From positions 1,792,001 through 1,856,000 of the forward strand of contig OY782781.1 of NCBI GenBank assembly GCA_963678315.1: a stretch of 64,000 bases of DNA, read 5' to 3'. Positions 37,217 to 47,972 of this stretch are shown in pieces. A program made the position numbers and the translations under genes. The notes under the pieces are model-generated. The model was not told the DNA's origin. It saw only the letters and a list, made by a program, of their open reading frames with translations, and made no database searches. Positions within the stretch are counted from its first letter, which is position 1. Each line of letters opens with the position of its first letter. This DNA comes from Candidatus Cloacimonadales bacterium (GTDB lineage Bacteria > Cloacimonadota > Cloacimonadia > Cloacimonadales > JAFGVF01).

Positions 37217-38368
37217 TCACAGTACAATCCCCTTATCGTTTATTTCAATAAGGTAGTTATCATCGGGTTTAATTTTTAGATTAGATCTTTCTTTCTTAAT
37301 AGCAAGTTTCTTGCCAGATAACTCAAATTGTCTCTTTATAAATGTGTCTATATTGGACGAATCATCTGAAAGGATATCTTCTATACTGAAATCAGGGTTG
37401 TCCGTAACTACTCCCAGAAGAAGTAGCTTATGTTCTCTTTTAAAGTACATAGAAAGCTCTTCAAATGTTCTTCCAACATATTCATGAGGTATCTCTATCT
37501 CTCTTAGTCCTTGGTTATCTTTATTGCTAACAATCTGTTTAATTACAGAAGGAACGCTAGGATTTATTGTTGCATTTGCAAGTAAGTCTCCACCAATATC
37601 GTCATAAATAATGACATTTTGAATCTTTTCTCTTTGTATATTTGGAAGGTACTTTTCTTTCTTTAGTTGAATATTTATCTTTCCTTTGACTTTCATAGAA
37701 CACAGGTTATGAGTGGCAATAATAGTTCTTTCATCTGAAGGTGAAGAGTCTGGTTTACTTTCATCGTAAAGCAGCATTATCTGTCTTGCATCTTTAACAT
37801 TAGCTCTATCAATTATTTCTTGGTTGGTAAAATCACCTTTGATGAATTTAATTGTCATGTCTTCGTACTTGCTTCTAATAGAAGAGATTTTGTCCTCTGA
37901 TAGCTCATTTACTAAAACAATATCGCTATTAAAGTTGCCTGATTTGTGTGATAGGAAATCCAATATCCTGCTGGCACTACTATTCCAACCGCAGACAATG
38001 ATGTGATTTTTTAATTTAATTCTAGTCAAACCTTTACGCTCCTTAATTTTTTGGTCGATAAAGTTACTTGCTATATAAGCTGTAAATGTAGAAAATGAAA
38101 TAAATCCAAGAAAGATAAATATGATACCCACAATTCTACCCCAGAATGAAATAGGGTATAAGTCTCCATATCCAACTGTAGTAATGGTAACAAGTGACCA
38201 CCATATCGCATCAAAAAAGTCTTTGATATTGCCATTGTCTGATTCTACCAAGCTAATAGCTATAGCCCCTAAGAGAGTCACGGCTAGAACCAGCATAACT
38301 TTCTTAAATAGCTGTATAAGTTTTCTATTACGATGAATCAAGTTCTTGAACTTAGAATGTCTAAACAT
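37217..38368 (-). CDS. Two-TM potassium channel with RCK (TrkA-N) domain
   Basis: DAIWWSLVTITTVGYGD selectivity filter; HIIVCGW RCK start; GDFT. Confidence 0.92.
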   Translation of the reverse strand: MFRHSKFKNLIHRNRKLIQLFKKVMLVLAVTLLGAIAISLVESDNGNIKDFFDAIWWSLVTITTVGYGDLYPISFWGRIVGIIFIFLGFISFSTFTAYIASNFIDQKIKERKGLTRIKLKNHIIVCGWNSSASRILDFLSHKSGNFNSDIVLVNELSEDKISSIRSKYEDMTIKFIKGDFTNQEIIDRANVKDARQIMLLYDESKPDSSPSDERTIIATHNLCSMKVKGKINIQLKKEKYLPNIQREKIQNVIIYDDIGGDLLANATINPSVPSVIKQIVSNKDNQGLREIEIPHEYVGRTFEELSMYFKREHKLLLLGVVTDNPDFSIEDILSDDSSNIDTFIKRQFELSGKKLAIKKERSNLKIKPDDNYLIEINDKGIVL

Positions 38369-38557
38369 TACTACCTCTAAAAATGTTAAAATCCATATTT
38401 AACTTTCAACAATAATTAATAATGAAATCTATAATTATAAATTATCTGTTAACTATTTTGTTGTCAAGCCTATAATTGTTTTTATAAACTTCTTGACTAA
38501 CTTAAACTTATAGTGTAAAATAGTAATTATTAACAAGATATAAAAATAGGATGTATT

Positions 38558-41500
38558 ATGAAGAAAATCAGTATAGTATTGTTTTTGTTTTTTCTAGCCC
38601 TAAGTTTGAATTCTGTTGTACAAGAAGAAGGTGACTTACTTAACTTCTTTTTTGCTAGTGAGCCTAGTTGTGCTTATGATCACTGGGAGTCACACATTGT
38701 TGAGGGAATAGCCCAAGAAGGTTATAATTCTTATGCTCCTTATGATAGACAAACTGATGGATTCGGTTCTTTTACTATACCAACAGAAAGCCAATCTTCC
38801 AATTGGAACAATGCTATTGATTATTTCTTCAATGAGCAGTATAATTTAGCTCAAATGACTCTCAGTAATGCAGATATACCTTATACTGTTGTTGAATTTA
38901 CTTATAATGGTGACATTTATTATATGTTGCGTGAGAATCTAAATACTTCCTACATAGATGATAATGGAACAGCTATTGCTTATGATGATGAAATCGGCTC
39001 TTTTGACTTTGGTTGGGGTATTTTTATATATAAGCCTAACTCTCAAAATCCAATTATGGTTTCAGCTCCACATCCTAATGATGACTTTGTTTCTACATAC
39101 TTTAGTGTTCAGGCTTTTCTAGATTACGATTGTCAATACCTAATGATAAATGGAGCGGGAAGAGAAGTAGAATGGTGGGGTTATAACTACAATAATAGTA
39201 AGTCTCTTTGCGACCCATCTAGAAATGAAGACCTTCCTTTTAATTATTTCTATCTTAAATCCGCTCAAAAGATTAGAGAAGATTTTGATAGGCATGAGCT
39301 TTCAATTCAAATTCATTCCTACGATTGGAACAATCATGCTGGTAGAGCGAGTCTTCAAATATCTCCGGGTCAATCAGGAGTTCCTACAGGATTACCAATT
39401 CGTGATTGGTCACAAGACCAGAATGATGTAGTTCAGAACACTGATTATATTATCTTTAATCAAAATGAACTAGGTAATAATTCTGAAGTTACAGTATTAG
39501 ATTATTATGCTATATACAATCCTGATTTTCCAACAATCTATCAAGACACTCTATATATCACTAATCAAGTTAATTTACCTGGTTATGGTAACTCTTCACA
39601 TGAAGCTATTAGTCAGCAAGACTATCAGCCATGGTCTGCATTTAGTCCTTTCTTTCATGTAGAATATGATGAACTTCCTAATTGCTTTGAACAAGATCTT
39701 GAGACATATCACTGGTTTTATGGCTTTAATCAGTCAACAAATTCATGGATTACTAACAACAAATTCAATCTTGCTAATCAATATTATGAGCCTTTCATGG
39801 AAGCTCTTGGTCAATCTATTGAAGCATTCATTGAATATGATGATGGAAGTGACCAAGTTCCTGATATTACTAGTTTCGAACGTACTTATGCAGGTTCAGG
39901 TGTAACATTATCATGGGAAGCTGAGACGCCTTATGACTTTGATTCCTACCTACTTTATGTTTCAGAAACGCCAATAGGACAAGACAATTATGATGTATAT
40001 GATAATCTAGGCGTAAATGGTAGTAATAATAATGGATTGATGGAATTGGGTTATCCAGGAACTAAAAGCATAAACTTTGAAGAATTATCAATGAATCAGA
40101 CTTATTATTTTGCATTAGGTCAAAGAGATAGGCAAGGAAATGTGTCTTCTATGTCGGAACAAGTTTCTCTTACTACTTTACCTATTGTTACAAGCACATT
40201 TGATGCCTTATCTTATGATGATCAGATTGGAATTTCATGGACAGTTTATGACCAGGATAATAATCAAGGATTTGAGATTTATAGAAAGCAGGAAGGAGAA
40301 GAATATGAACTTTTAGATAGTTACATAACTAACTCTGAGTTGGCGATAACTTCTTCTAATACCCAAGATTTTGAATACTATGACACAAGTTTAAACTCTA
40401 ACATAGTATATTACTATAAAGTTCATTTAGTAAATAATGATAATGAAAGTAACCAGCTTTCCCAAGAAATTGAGATTGCAAGGTCTGATTATTTTCAACT
40501 TACTGTTGAGAATATTATAGCTTCAAGTACTTTTAAGTTTGGCTCAAACTTACTTGCTACAGATGATTATGATGAAGTTTATGATAGACTTTTCCCAAGT
40601 TGGTATATTTATGGTATATATAATGAACTTGGACTAAATAAGCTAAAAGCAAGCTTGGTGAATCATTTTGATTCTAACTCTGAATATCATGAACTTAGCA
40701 TGGCTTTCTTAAATCCTAGCGGAAGTGAAACCTTCACCCTCGATAATAGTTCTAGCAAGAATAGTGAGCGCTTCTACATCTATTATGATAGCCAGCTATA
40801 TGACCTTAGTCAGGGACCAATTCAAATAGACTTCGGAAATACTCAACTAGCTAACTTCAAGCTCATCTGGGGTAATCTTCAAGCAGACTTATCTTTTAAC
40901 AATAGCCCAGATATTGTTGCTTCTTCAAATCAAGGAGCAGATATATCATGGGATGTACAATATCCTGAACTCGTTGACCATTACTCAATTTTCTTTAGGA
41001 ATGAAGAAGATTCTTTAATGGCTGTTGAGAATCTTCCGTCCTCTGCAAGTAGCTATAATTATGTTTATAATGCTAATCAAAATCTTCGTTCAATAGCTTG
41101 CTTTATTAGAGTTCATTCTATTGATGGTCAAGTTATTGATTTTGAGTTCCCTAAAGCAGCTGTTTTGATTGGCAATATAAACGAATATGTCTACAATAAT
41201 GATAGTAATAATTATCTAATATCATATCCTTATTCAAGCAGTGTTGATATAAACCCATTTACAATGATTACAGGACTTTATAGTCTAGGGGAAGATGGCT
41301 TTGAAGAAGATGGCATTATCAATAAAGAACAAGCAAACTTACTACTTACTGATGATGTATTTACTCTGCCTTTTGAAGGTAACTATAGTCTACAAGATAG
41401 TTTGCAAGTTCTAGACTATGGCTGGAATTTATTAGTTAATCCTCATCCTATTGATTACAAAGTGTCCGATCTTATGTTCTATTATAACAACACCTACCGA

Positions 41501-42415
41501 AGCTTGGAATATATCTTAACTAGAAACTTATTTATTCCAACATTTATTACTATTCGTGATGGTGCTTATGTTCAAACTGATTCTATCAAGGCTTTCGAAA
41601 GTGCCTTTGTATTCTCAATGAGTTATGATGAAGTTGCAGTTAATTTCCGACCTAATAATTTCAATGAAGATTTCGCTCCCTTGCAAGCATCATTCTATGC
41701 AACATTAGAGTTTTCTACCCAATCTGGAGCAAAAGATCAACTAACAATTGGCATAAGAGAAGGTATAGAAGCAAATATAGATCCATATTTTGATGCTGTA
41801 AAAGCCCCAACCAGACCTGTAGCAGGTATTTCTGAAGCATATATCATTCCTGATGATAGTATTATTGATTACTTCCCTAAGTTCCAAAAGAAGATTGAAG
41901 CAGAGATTCCAGGGGAAGGATATTCATGGAATTTTGCATTTATAAACTCAATAGATGCTGATGTTCAGGTAAGAATAGTTGATAGCAATCTAGGAGAAAA
42001 CTACCATGTTGAGTTGACTTTAAATGGAGAAAATTATAATATCTCAGAAAATAATGTAACTCTTGATTGTGGTAATTCTAGTGGTCAATTCCAAGGAAGT
42101 CTAAATCTCCTATCAGGAACTCCTAATGCTAGCCAAGAGCTTTCACCTGCTAGTATTCTATCAGTTTACCCAAATCCATCTTCTAAACACTTTAATATTG
42201 AGGTTGTAAGTTCTAAATCAAATTACCAAGTATCTGTTTATAATATCAAAGGTCAAAGAGTTAAGAAGTTTAATGTTAGGGATAATAAATCTTCAAGAAA
42301 TACTCTAAGCTGGGGAAAGGATAAAAAGTTAAAGAATCTTGCTTCAGGAATCTACTTTGTTAAATATTCTGATGAAGATACAAGTGATATAAGGAAGATC
42401 TGTCTGATTAAATAG
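38558..42415 (+). CDS. Large secreted multidomain protein (putative N-terminal hydrolase, FN3/Ig-like domains, T9SS type-A-like CTD)
   Basis: Signal peptide; VTLSW...YYFAL FN3; ISW...GFEIYR...YYYKV; CTD SVYPNPS...YNIKGQRV...LASGIYF...KICLIK. Confidence 0.8.
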   Translation: MKKISIVLFLFFLALSLNSVVQEEGDLLNFFFASEPSCAYDHWESHIVEGIAQEGYNSYAPYDRQTDGFGSFTIPTESQSSNWNNAIDYFFNEQYNLAQMTLSNADIPYTVVEFTYNGDIYYMLRENLNTSYIDDNGTAIAYDDEIGSFDFGWGIFIYKPNSQNPIMVSAPHPNDDFVSTYFSVQAFLDYDCQYLMINGAGREVEWWGYNYNNSKSLCDPSRNEDLPFNYFYLKSAQKIREDFDRHELSIQIHSYDWNNHAGRASLQISPGQSGVPTGLPIRDWSQDQNDVVQNTDYIIFNQNELGNNSEVTVLDYYAIYNPDFPTIYQDTLYITNQVNLPGYGNSSHEAISQQDYQPWSAFSPFFHVEYDELPNCFEQDLETYHWFYGFNQSTNSWITNNKFNLANQYYEPFMEALGQSIEAFIEYDDGSDQVPDITSFERTYAGSGVTLSWEAETPYDFDSYLLYVSETPIGQDNYDVYDNLGVNGSNNNGLMELGYPGTKSINFEELSMNQTYYFALGQRDRQGNVSSMSEQVSLTTLPIVTSTFDALSYDDQIGISWTVYDQDNNQGFEIYRKQEGEEYELLDSYITNSELAITSSNTQDFEYYDTSLNSNIVYYYKVHLVNNDNESNQLSQEIEIARSDYFQLTVENIIASSTFKFGSNLLATDDYDEVYDRLFPSWYIYGIYNELGLNKLKASLVNHFDSNSEYHELSMAFLNPSGSETFTLDNSSSKNSERFYIYYDSQLYDLSQGPIQIDFGNTQLANFKLIWGNLQADLSFNNSPDIVASSNQGADISWDVQYPELVDHYSIFFRNEEDSLMAVENLPSSASSYNYVYNANQNLRSIACFIRVHSIDGQVIDFEFPKAAVLIGNINEYVYNNDSNNYLISYPYSSSVDINPFTMITGLYSLGEDGFEEDGIINKEQANLLLTDDVFTLPFEGNYSLQDSLQVLDYGWNLLVNPHPIDYKVSDLMFYYNNTYRSLEYILTRNLFIPTFITIRDGAYVQTDSIKAFESAFVFSMSYDEVAVNFRPNNFNEDFAPLQASFYATLEFSTQSGAKDQLTIGIREGIEANIDPYFDAVKAPTRPVAGISEAYIIPDDSIIDYFPKFQKKIEAEIPGEGYSWNFAFINSIDADVQVRIVDSNLGENYHVELTLNGENYNISENNVTLDCGNSSGQFQGSLNLLSGTPNASQELSPASILSVYPNPSSKHFNIEVVSSKSNYQVSVYNIKGQRVKKFNVRDNKSSRNTLSWGKDKKLKNLASGIYFVKYSDEDTSDIRKICLIK

Positions 42416-42423
42416 TGTTTTCA

Positions 42424-42721
42424 TGGATTGTAAGCTTCCAGCTACGAAAGGAAATTTCGGGTTGTTTTTGGGTTGCAAGCTTCCAGCTTGCGAAACATAA
42501 TTCATCAAGAATGATGTTAAAGAACTATCTCTTTAAACATGCAAGCATGTTTAAAGATGCGCATTCAGGGATGAATGCACTCCAGAAGAGAGAATATGTT
42601 TTTGGACAGCATTTTTTGGGTTGCAAGCTTCCAGCTTGCGAAATATCATTCATCAAGAATGATGTTAAAGATGCGCATTCAGAATGGACCGTGATCGGCG
42701 AAGACGATTGAATGCATTCCA
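42424..42721. repeat. Cluster of REP-like palindromes (GGGTTGCAAGCTTCCAGCTTGCG / GCGCATTCA..TGAATGCA family)
   Basis: Hairpins at ~42424, 42469, 42559, 42617, 42673; homologous block at 61759-61998. Confidence 0.8.
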
Positions 42722-42871
42722 AGCCTCTAATAAGACTTTATCTTTAAGGGCTTCCTGTATCAAATTGACTTTTAATGCAGGAGGTCCAAAACCACAAAGT
42801 GAAACTAAACTGTTTATCTTGACGACAAACCATATATTTAAATCATTGATTCAAAAAATAAAGGATATTAA

Positions 42872-43375
42872 ATGGAATATAATTACGTTCTTAAAAAGGT
42901 TAGATATGCCCTAAACTTTAATGATAATACTTTGATTGGCATCTTCAAACTTGGCAAATTAGATCTTTCAAGAGAATTATTACTTAATTATTGTGCTAAG
43001 TTTGATGCTGATGAATATGAAATATGTGATTCAAGAGCTATAGAAGCTTTTCTAAATGGACTTGTAATCTTCAAACGTGGAGATAATGGAATGAATCAGT
43101 CTCTTGATGGAGAAATTACAAACAACCATATTTTGAGAAAGTTAAAAATAGCACTTGATCTCAAAGATTTTGAGATGATAGAGGTTTTTAAACTTGGAGG
43201 ATTTGATTTAACAAAGAATCAGTTAAGTTCTCTTTTCAGGTCAGAAGATAACAAACATTATCAATCTTGCAGGGATCAATTGTTACGTAAATTTTTACAA
43301 GGAATGATAGAAAAATACCGTAACAAAAAAACTCGCAAGAGTAATGCAATACTTGATTTTGATAACTTCTCATAG
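42872..43375 (+). CDS. DUF1456 (YehS-like) protein
   Basis: NYVLKKVRYAL, FLNGLVIFKRG, NNHILRKLKIAL, C.DQLLRKFL.G. Confidence 0.88.
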   Translation: MEYNYVLKKVRYALNFNDNTLIGIFKLGKLDLSRELLLNYCAKFDADEYEICDSRAIEAFLNGLVIFKRGDNGMNQSLDGEITNNHILRKLKIALDLKDFEMIEVFKLGGFDLTKNQLSSLFRSEDNKHYQSCRDQLLRKFLQGMIEKYRNKKTRKSNAILDFDNFS

Positions 43376-43488
43376 TATTATATCTTAAATTTACTGTTAA
43401 TCAATAAACTTTTATTGACATAAATAGGCAAAATTATTCTATGACTTAAGAAAAATGAGTACACAAAATAATAATTAAGGAGTGTAAC

Positions 43489-46400
43489 ATGGCTCAGTTC
43501 AAGAAACAAACTATGGATGGAAACACAGCTGCTGCACACGTGGCTTACGCTTTCAGTGAAGTTGCTGCTATTTATCCTATTACTCCATCTTCTCCAATGG
43601 GAGAATATACAGACGCATGGGCTGCGAATGGAAGAAAAAACATTTTTGGGACTACTGTTGATGTAGCTGAACTTCAATCTGAAGGTGGTGCTTCAGGTGC
43701 TGTTCATGGTGCTTTATCAGCTGGTGCACTTACTACTACTTTCACTGCTTCACAAGGTTTAATGCTTATGTTACCAAACATGCACAAAATCGCTGGTGAA
43801 ATGTTGCCTACTAACTTCTGGGTTTCTGCTCGTTCATTAGCAGCACAATCACTATCAATCTTTGGTGACCATTCAGACGTTATGTCTGCAAGAAACACTG
43901 GTTTTGCTATGATGTGTTGTAATTCTATCCAAGAAATCATGGATTTAGGTGTTGTTTCACATTTATCAACTTTGAAAACAACAATTCCTTTCATGACTTA
44001 CTTTGATGGTTTCAGAACTTCACACGAAATTCAAAAAATCGAAGTTATTGATTATGATACAATTAATACATTAGTAGAAAAAAAATATATTGAAGATTTC
44101 AGAGCAAGAGCTTTGAATCCTGAAAACCCAAGATTAAAAGTTGGTGCTCAAAACCCTGATGTATATTTCCAAGGTAGAGAAACAACTAATAATCAATACA
44201 AAGCTACTCCAGCTGTTGTTGAAGAATATATGAAACAAGTTTCTGCTATTGTAGGTAGAGAATACAACTTGTTTGATTATGTTGGTGCAGAAGATGCTGA
44301 ATCAGTAATTATTGCTATGGGTTCTGGTTGTGAAACTATCGATGAAGCTGTAACTTATCTTAACGCTCAAGGTAAAAAATATGGTTTAATCAAAGTTAGA
44401 TTATTTAGACCTTTCTCAGTTGAACACTTTGTTAACGCACTTCCTAAAACTGTTAAGAAAATTGCTGTTCTTGACAGAACAAAAGAACCAGGTGCTATCG
44501 GTGAACCTTTATACTTAGATATCGTTACTGCACTTAAAGATAAAGGCATCTTTATCATTGGTGGACGTTACGGTCTTTCTTCAAAAGAATTCACACCTGG
44601 TATGGTTAAATCAGTATTTAATCACTTAGATGCTAATGGTTTCCATGGCTTTACAGTTGGTATTAATGATGATGTTTCTAACTTATCATTACCAATGGAT
44701 GAAGTAATCAATGCTATACCAGAAGATACTATTTCTTGTAAATTCTGGGGATTAGGTTCTGACGGTACTGTTGGTGCTAACAAGAACTCAATTAAAATTA
44801 TTGGTGATAACACTGACCTATGGGCTCAAGGTTACTTCCAATACGATTCAAAGAAATCTGGTGGTATCACACGTAGCCACTTAAGATTCGGTAAATCAAA
44901 AATTAGAGCTCAATATACAGTTAATAGTCCTGACTTTGTTGCTTGTCATAACCCTGCTTTCATCGGTAGATATGACATCTTAGAAGGTATCAAAGAAAAC
45001 GGTGTATTCTTATTAAACTCACAAATTCCTAACGAAGAAGTTTTTGCTTACTTAACAGAAGATATGCAAAAAACTATCATCGAAAAAAATATTAGTTTCT
45101 ATAATATCAACGCATTAGAAATTGCTGGTAGCGTTGGTCTTGGTGGAAGAATTAACACAGTTATGCAAGCTGCATTCTTTATTATTTCAAAAGTTCTTCC
45201 AAAAGAAAAAGCAATTGAGTTAATCAAAGGTGCTATCAAAAAATCATATATCAAAAAAGGTGAAGATATTGTTAATATGAATATCGCTGCTGTTGATAAA
45301 GTTGAAGAAGCTTTAGTTAAAATCGACACACCTGCATCTATGATTGCTGACCACCAAGAAATGACTAAACTTATTGCTGATGATGCAGATGATTTCACAA
45401 AGAATATCATTGAACCAATCATGAGAGAAAAAGGTGACGATATTCCTGTATCAGCTATGCCTCATGACGGTTTCGTACCTACTGGTACTGCTGCTTTAGA
45501 AAAACGTGGTGTTGCTCCATTCGTTCCTCATTGGGATGCTGAAAAATGTATTCAATGTAACCAGTGTTCAATGGTTTGTCCTCACGCTGCAATTAGAGCT
45601 AAACTTATTCCTGTTGATGCTTTAGAAGGTGCTCCTGAATCATTCGTTACTTTAGATGAAATGATGGAAGCTAGAAAAGGCGATGTTCAACACAAATATA
45701 AAATCCAAGTTTATATCGATGACTGTCAAGGTTGTAAGGTATGTGTTCTTGAGTGTCCTAAAGGTGCTTTAGAAATGAGACCTATCGAAGAAGAAAGAGA
45801 AGCTGGTGAAACAGAAAACTACAAATTCTTCGAATCATTACCAACTGATATTCTTGGTGCTTACAAAGAAGATAGCGTAAAAGGTTCACAGTTCAAACAA
45901 CCTCTTCTTGAGTTCTCAGGTGCATGTGCTGGTTGTGGTGAAACTCCTTATGTTAAACTTGTTACACAATTAGTTGGTGACAGAATGCTTATTGCTAACG
46001 CTACAGGTTGTTCATCAATCTGGGGTGGTACTTTCCCAACAATCCCTTACTGTAAGAATAAAGATGGTCACGGTCCTACATGGGCAAACTCATTATTCGA
46101 AGATAATGCTGAATATGCTTATGGTTTCAGATTAGCTGTTAATGCTAACAGAAAACAATTAAAATACAATGTAGAAAGACTTCTTCCTATCCTTAGCTGT
46201 GAAGGTTGCAAAGAAAAACTACAATTTGCTATTGATAACTGGAACATCGTTTCAGATGAAGTAAAAGAAAACTCAAAAGCTATCCAAGCATTACTTCCAA
46301 AAATGCTTGAAGGTGCAAATGATGAAACAAGAGCAATCATCGAAAAAATCATTGAATTAAAATCATACTTTGTTGAAAAGTCTGTTTGGGGATTCGGTGG

Positions 46401-47016
46401 TGATGGTTGGGCTTATGACATCGGTTACGGTGGATTAGACCATGTTCTTGCATCAAACAAAAATGTTAATATCTTAGTTATGGATACTGAAGTTTACTCA
46501 AATACTGGTGGACAAGCTTCAAAAGCTACTCCATTAGGTTCAGTTGCTAAATTTGCTGAATCAGGTAAAACTACAGTTAAAAAAGACTTAGGTAAAATGA
46601 TGATGGATTATGGTTATATCTATGTTGCATCTATTTCTATGGGTGCTAACAAAAACCAAGCTATCAAGGCTATCAAAGAAGCTGAAGCTTATGATGGTCC
46701 TTCAATCATTCTTGCTTATGCTCCATGTATTAATCATGGTATTGATATGGCAAAAGCACAAAAGATTGAAAAAGCTGCTGTTGATTGTGGTTACTGGATT
46801 AATTACAGATATAACCCAGCTCTTAAAGATCAAGGAAAGAACCCTCTTCAACTTGATTCAAGAGAACCAACTGGCGATCCTATCGCATTTGTTGAAGCTG
46901 AAAAACGTTATACTGCTCTAGAAAGAACTTTCCCTGAAAAAGTTGAAGCTTACAGAGAAGGCCTTAAGAAGTGGGTTAATGATAGATATGCTTCTTACAA
47001 AAAAATGGCTGAATAA
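43489..47016 (+). CDS. nifJ: Pyruvate:ferredoxin (flavodoxin) oxidoreductase
   Basis: DGNTAAAHVAY, YPITPSS, GLGSDGTVGAN, two 4Fe-4S motifs, EFSGACAGCGETPY, GGDGWAYDIG, YSNTGGQ; codon usage typical of a highly expressed gene. Confidence 0.97.
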   Translation: MAQFKKQTMDGNTAAAHVAYAFSEVAAIYPITPSSPMGEYTDAWAANGRKNIFGTTVDVAELQSEGGASGAVHGALSAGALTTTFTASQGLMLMLPNMHKIAGEMLPTNFWVSARSLAAQSLSIFGDHSDVMSARNTGFAMMCCNSIQEIMDLGVVSHLSTLKTTIPFMTYFDGFRTSHEIQKIEVIDYDTINTLVEKKYIEDFRARALNPENPRLKVGAQNPDVYFQGRETTNNQYKATPAVVEEYMKQVSAIVGREYNLFDYVGAEDAESVIIAMGSGCETIDEAVTYLNAQGKKYGLIKVRLFRPFSVEHFVNALPKTVKKIAVLDRTKEPGAIGEPLYLDIVTALKDKGIFIIGGRYGLSSKEFTPGMVKSVFNHLDANGFHGFTVGINDDVSNLSLPMDEVINAIPEDTISCKFWGLGSDGTVGANKNSIKIIGDNTDLWAQGYFQYDSKKSGGITRSHLRFGKSKIRAQYTVNSPDFVACHNPAFIGRYDILEGIKENGVFLLNSQIPNEEVFAYLTEDMQKTIIEKNISFYNINALEIAGSVGLGGRINTVMQAAFFIISKVLPKEKAIELIKGAIKKSYIKKGEDIVNMNIAAVDKVEEALVKIDTPASMIADHQEMTKLIADDADDFTKNIIEPIMREKGDDIPVSAMPHDGFVPTGTAALEKRGVAPFVPHWDAEKCIQCNQCSMVCPHAAIRAKLIPVDALEGAPESFVTLDEMMEARKGDVQHKYKIQVYIDDCQGCKVCVLECPKGALEMRPIEEEREAGETENYKFFESLPTDILGAYKEDSVKGSQFKQPLLEFSGACAGCGETPYVKLVTQLVGDRMLIANATGCSSIWGGTFPTIPYCKNKDGHGPTWANSLFEDNAEYAYGFRLAVNANRKQLKYNVERLLPILSCEGCKEKLQFAIDNWNIVSDEVKENSKAIQALLPKMLEGANDETRAIIEKIIELKSYFVEKSVWGFGGDGWAYDIGYGGLDHVLASNKNVNILVMDTEVYSNTGGQASKATPLGSVAKFAESGKTTVKKDLGKMMMDYGYIYVASISMGANKNQAIKAIKEAEAYDGPSIILAYAPCINHGIDMAKAQKIEKAAVDCGYWINYRYNPALKDQGKNPLQLDSREPTGDPIAFVEAEKRYTALERTFPEKVEAYREGLKKWVNDRYASYKKMAE

Positions 47017-47042
47017 TAACTTAAGTTATTAATCATAGATTA

Positions 47043-47080
47043 AACAAGAGCTTTGGCTATGCCAAGGCTCTTGTTGTTTT
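47043..47080 (+). terminator. Intrinsic terminator after PFOR
   Basis: AACAAGAGCTTTGGC-tat-GCCAAGGCTCTTGTT then GTTTT. Confidence 0.85.
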
Positions 47081-47165
47081 ATCTACTTTATCTAGGAAAA
47101 TATGAAAAAAGATTGACTAAAATCTTAGACTATTGATAATAATAAAAAATAAAATAGAGGACAAA

Positions 47166-47957
47166 ATGAGTTTCTATATAAACAACAAGAACATTAAGAA
47201 TCCTTTTCTTAAAGTCTTAATATCTTTACTTGCAATTGTAATAGTTGTTCTAGTTGGAGCTATTGTTATAAGTGCAGTATCATCAATTTTATTAATAGTT
47301 GCTGTTATAGTGGGTTTTTCATTACTGATAATTCCTATTGCTCTTGTTTTTGGTCTAGGAAAATGGATGAAAGGTATTAGAGGTAGCGGAAACTTGCTAA
47401 CTGAGATTAGAGAAGTAAAGCCATTCTCCAAGATAAAATTATCAATTGCCTGTAACTTTAATATTATTGCTAGTGACAGGAATGAAATTGAAATCACAAG
47501 CGACGACAATCTATTAGGTTACATTTTAACTTATGTGCAAGAAGATATTCTTTATATTACAAGTGATAACTCATTGAATCCCTCAAAGAATACAACTTTA
47601 AACATGCAATTAAATCACTTCGACACTCTTATTATTTCTGGGTCAGCAACAGGTAAAATAAAAGATTTACATCAAGATGATATGACTATTAAAATTTCCG
47701 GTAATGGGAACTTGACTAGTAATGGAAAAGTTGATAAACTAGATATTGGCATCAGTGGAGTAGGCAGGCTGTCTTTCAAAGAATTAGTATCAAAAGATGC
47801 TAAAATAAAGATTTCAGGTACCGGCAAAGGTGATCTTACTGTTACTGAAAAAATAGATGCTACAATTAATGGTACGGGTAAGATTGATGTCTACGGAAAT
47901 CCAAACACTGTTCAAAAGAGAGTTAATGGTGTTGGAAAAGTGAATATTATTAAATAG
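47166..47957 (+). CDS. GIN/DUF2807 (head GIN) repeat protein with hydrophobic N-terminus
   Basis: GSGN....R....F, DDNL, repeated ISGxG motifs, YGNP; ATG 47166 after GAGG. Confidence 0.8.
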   Translation: MSFYINNKNIKNPFLKVLISLLAIVIVVLVGAIVISAVSSILLIVAVIVGFSLLIIPIALVFGLGKWMKGIRGSGNLLTEIREVKPFSKIKLSIACNFNIIASDRNEIEITSDDNLLGYILTYVQEDILYITSDNSLNPSKNTTLNMQLNHFDTLIISGSATGKIKDLHQDDMTIKISGNGNLTSNGKVDKLDIGISGVGRLSFKELVSKDAKIKISGTGKGDLTVTEKIDATINGTGKIDVYGNPNTVQKRVNGVGKVNIIK

Positions 47958-47972
47958 AGGATTATTTAGATT

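Noticed and set aside
42415..42914. ORFs 42415-42711, 42525-42722 and 42684-42914
   Set aside because: They are read-throughs of palindromic repeats, with no convincing SD and no recognisable protein motif.
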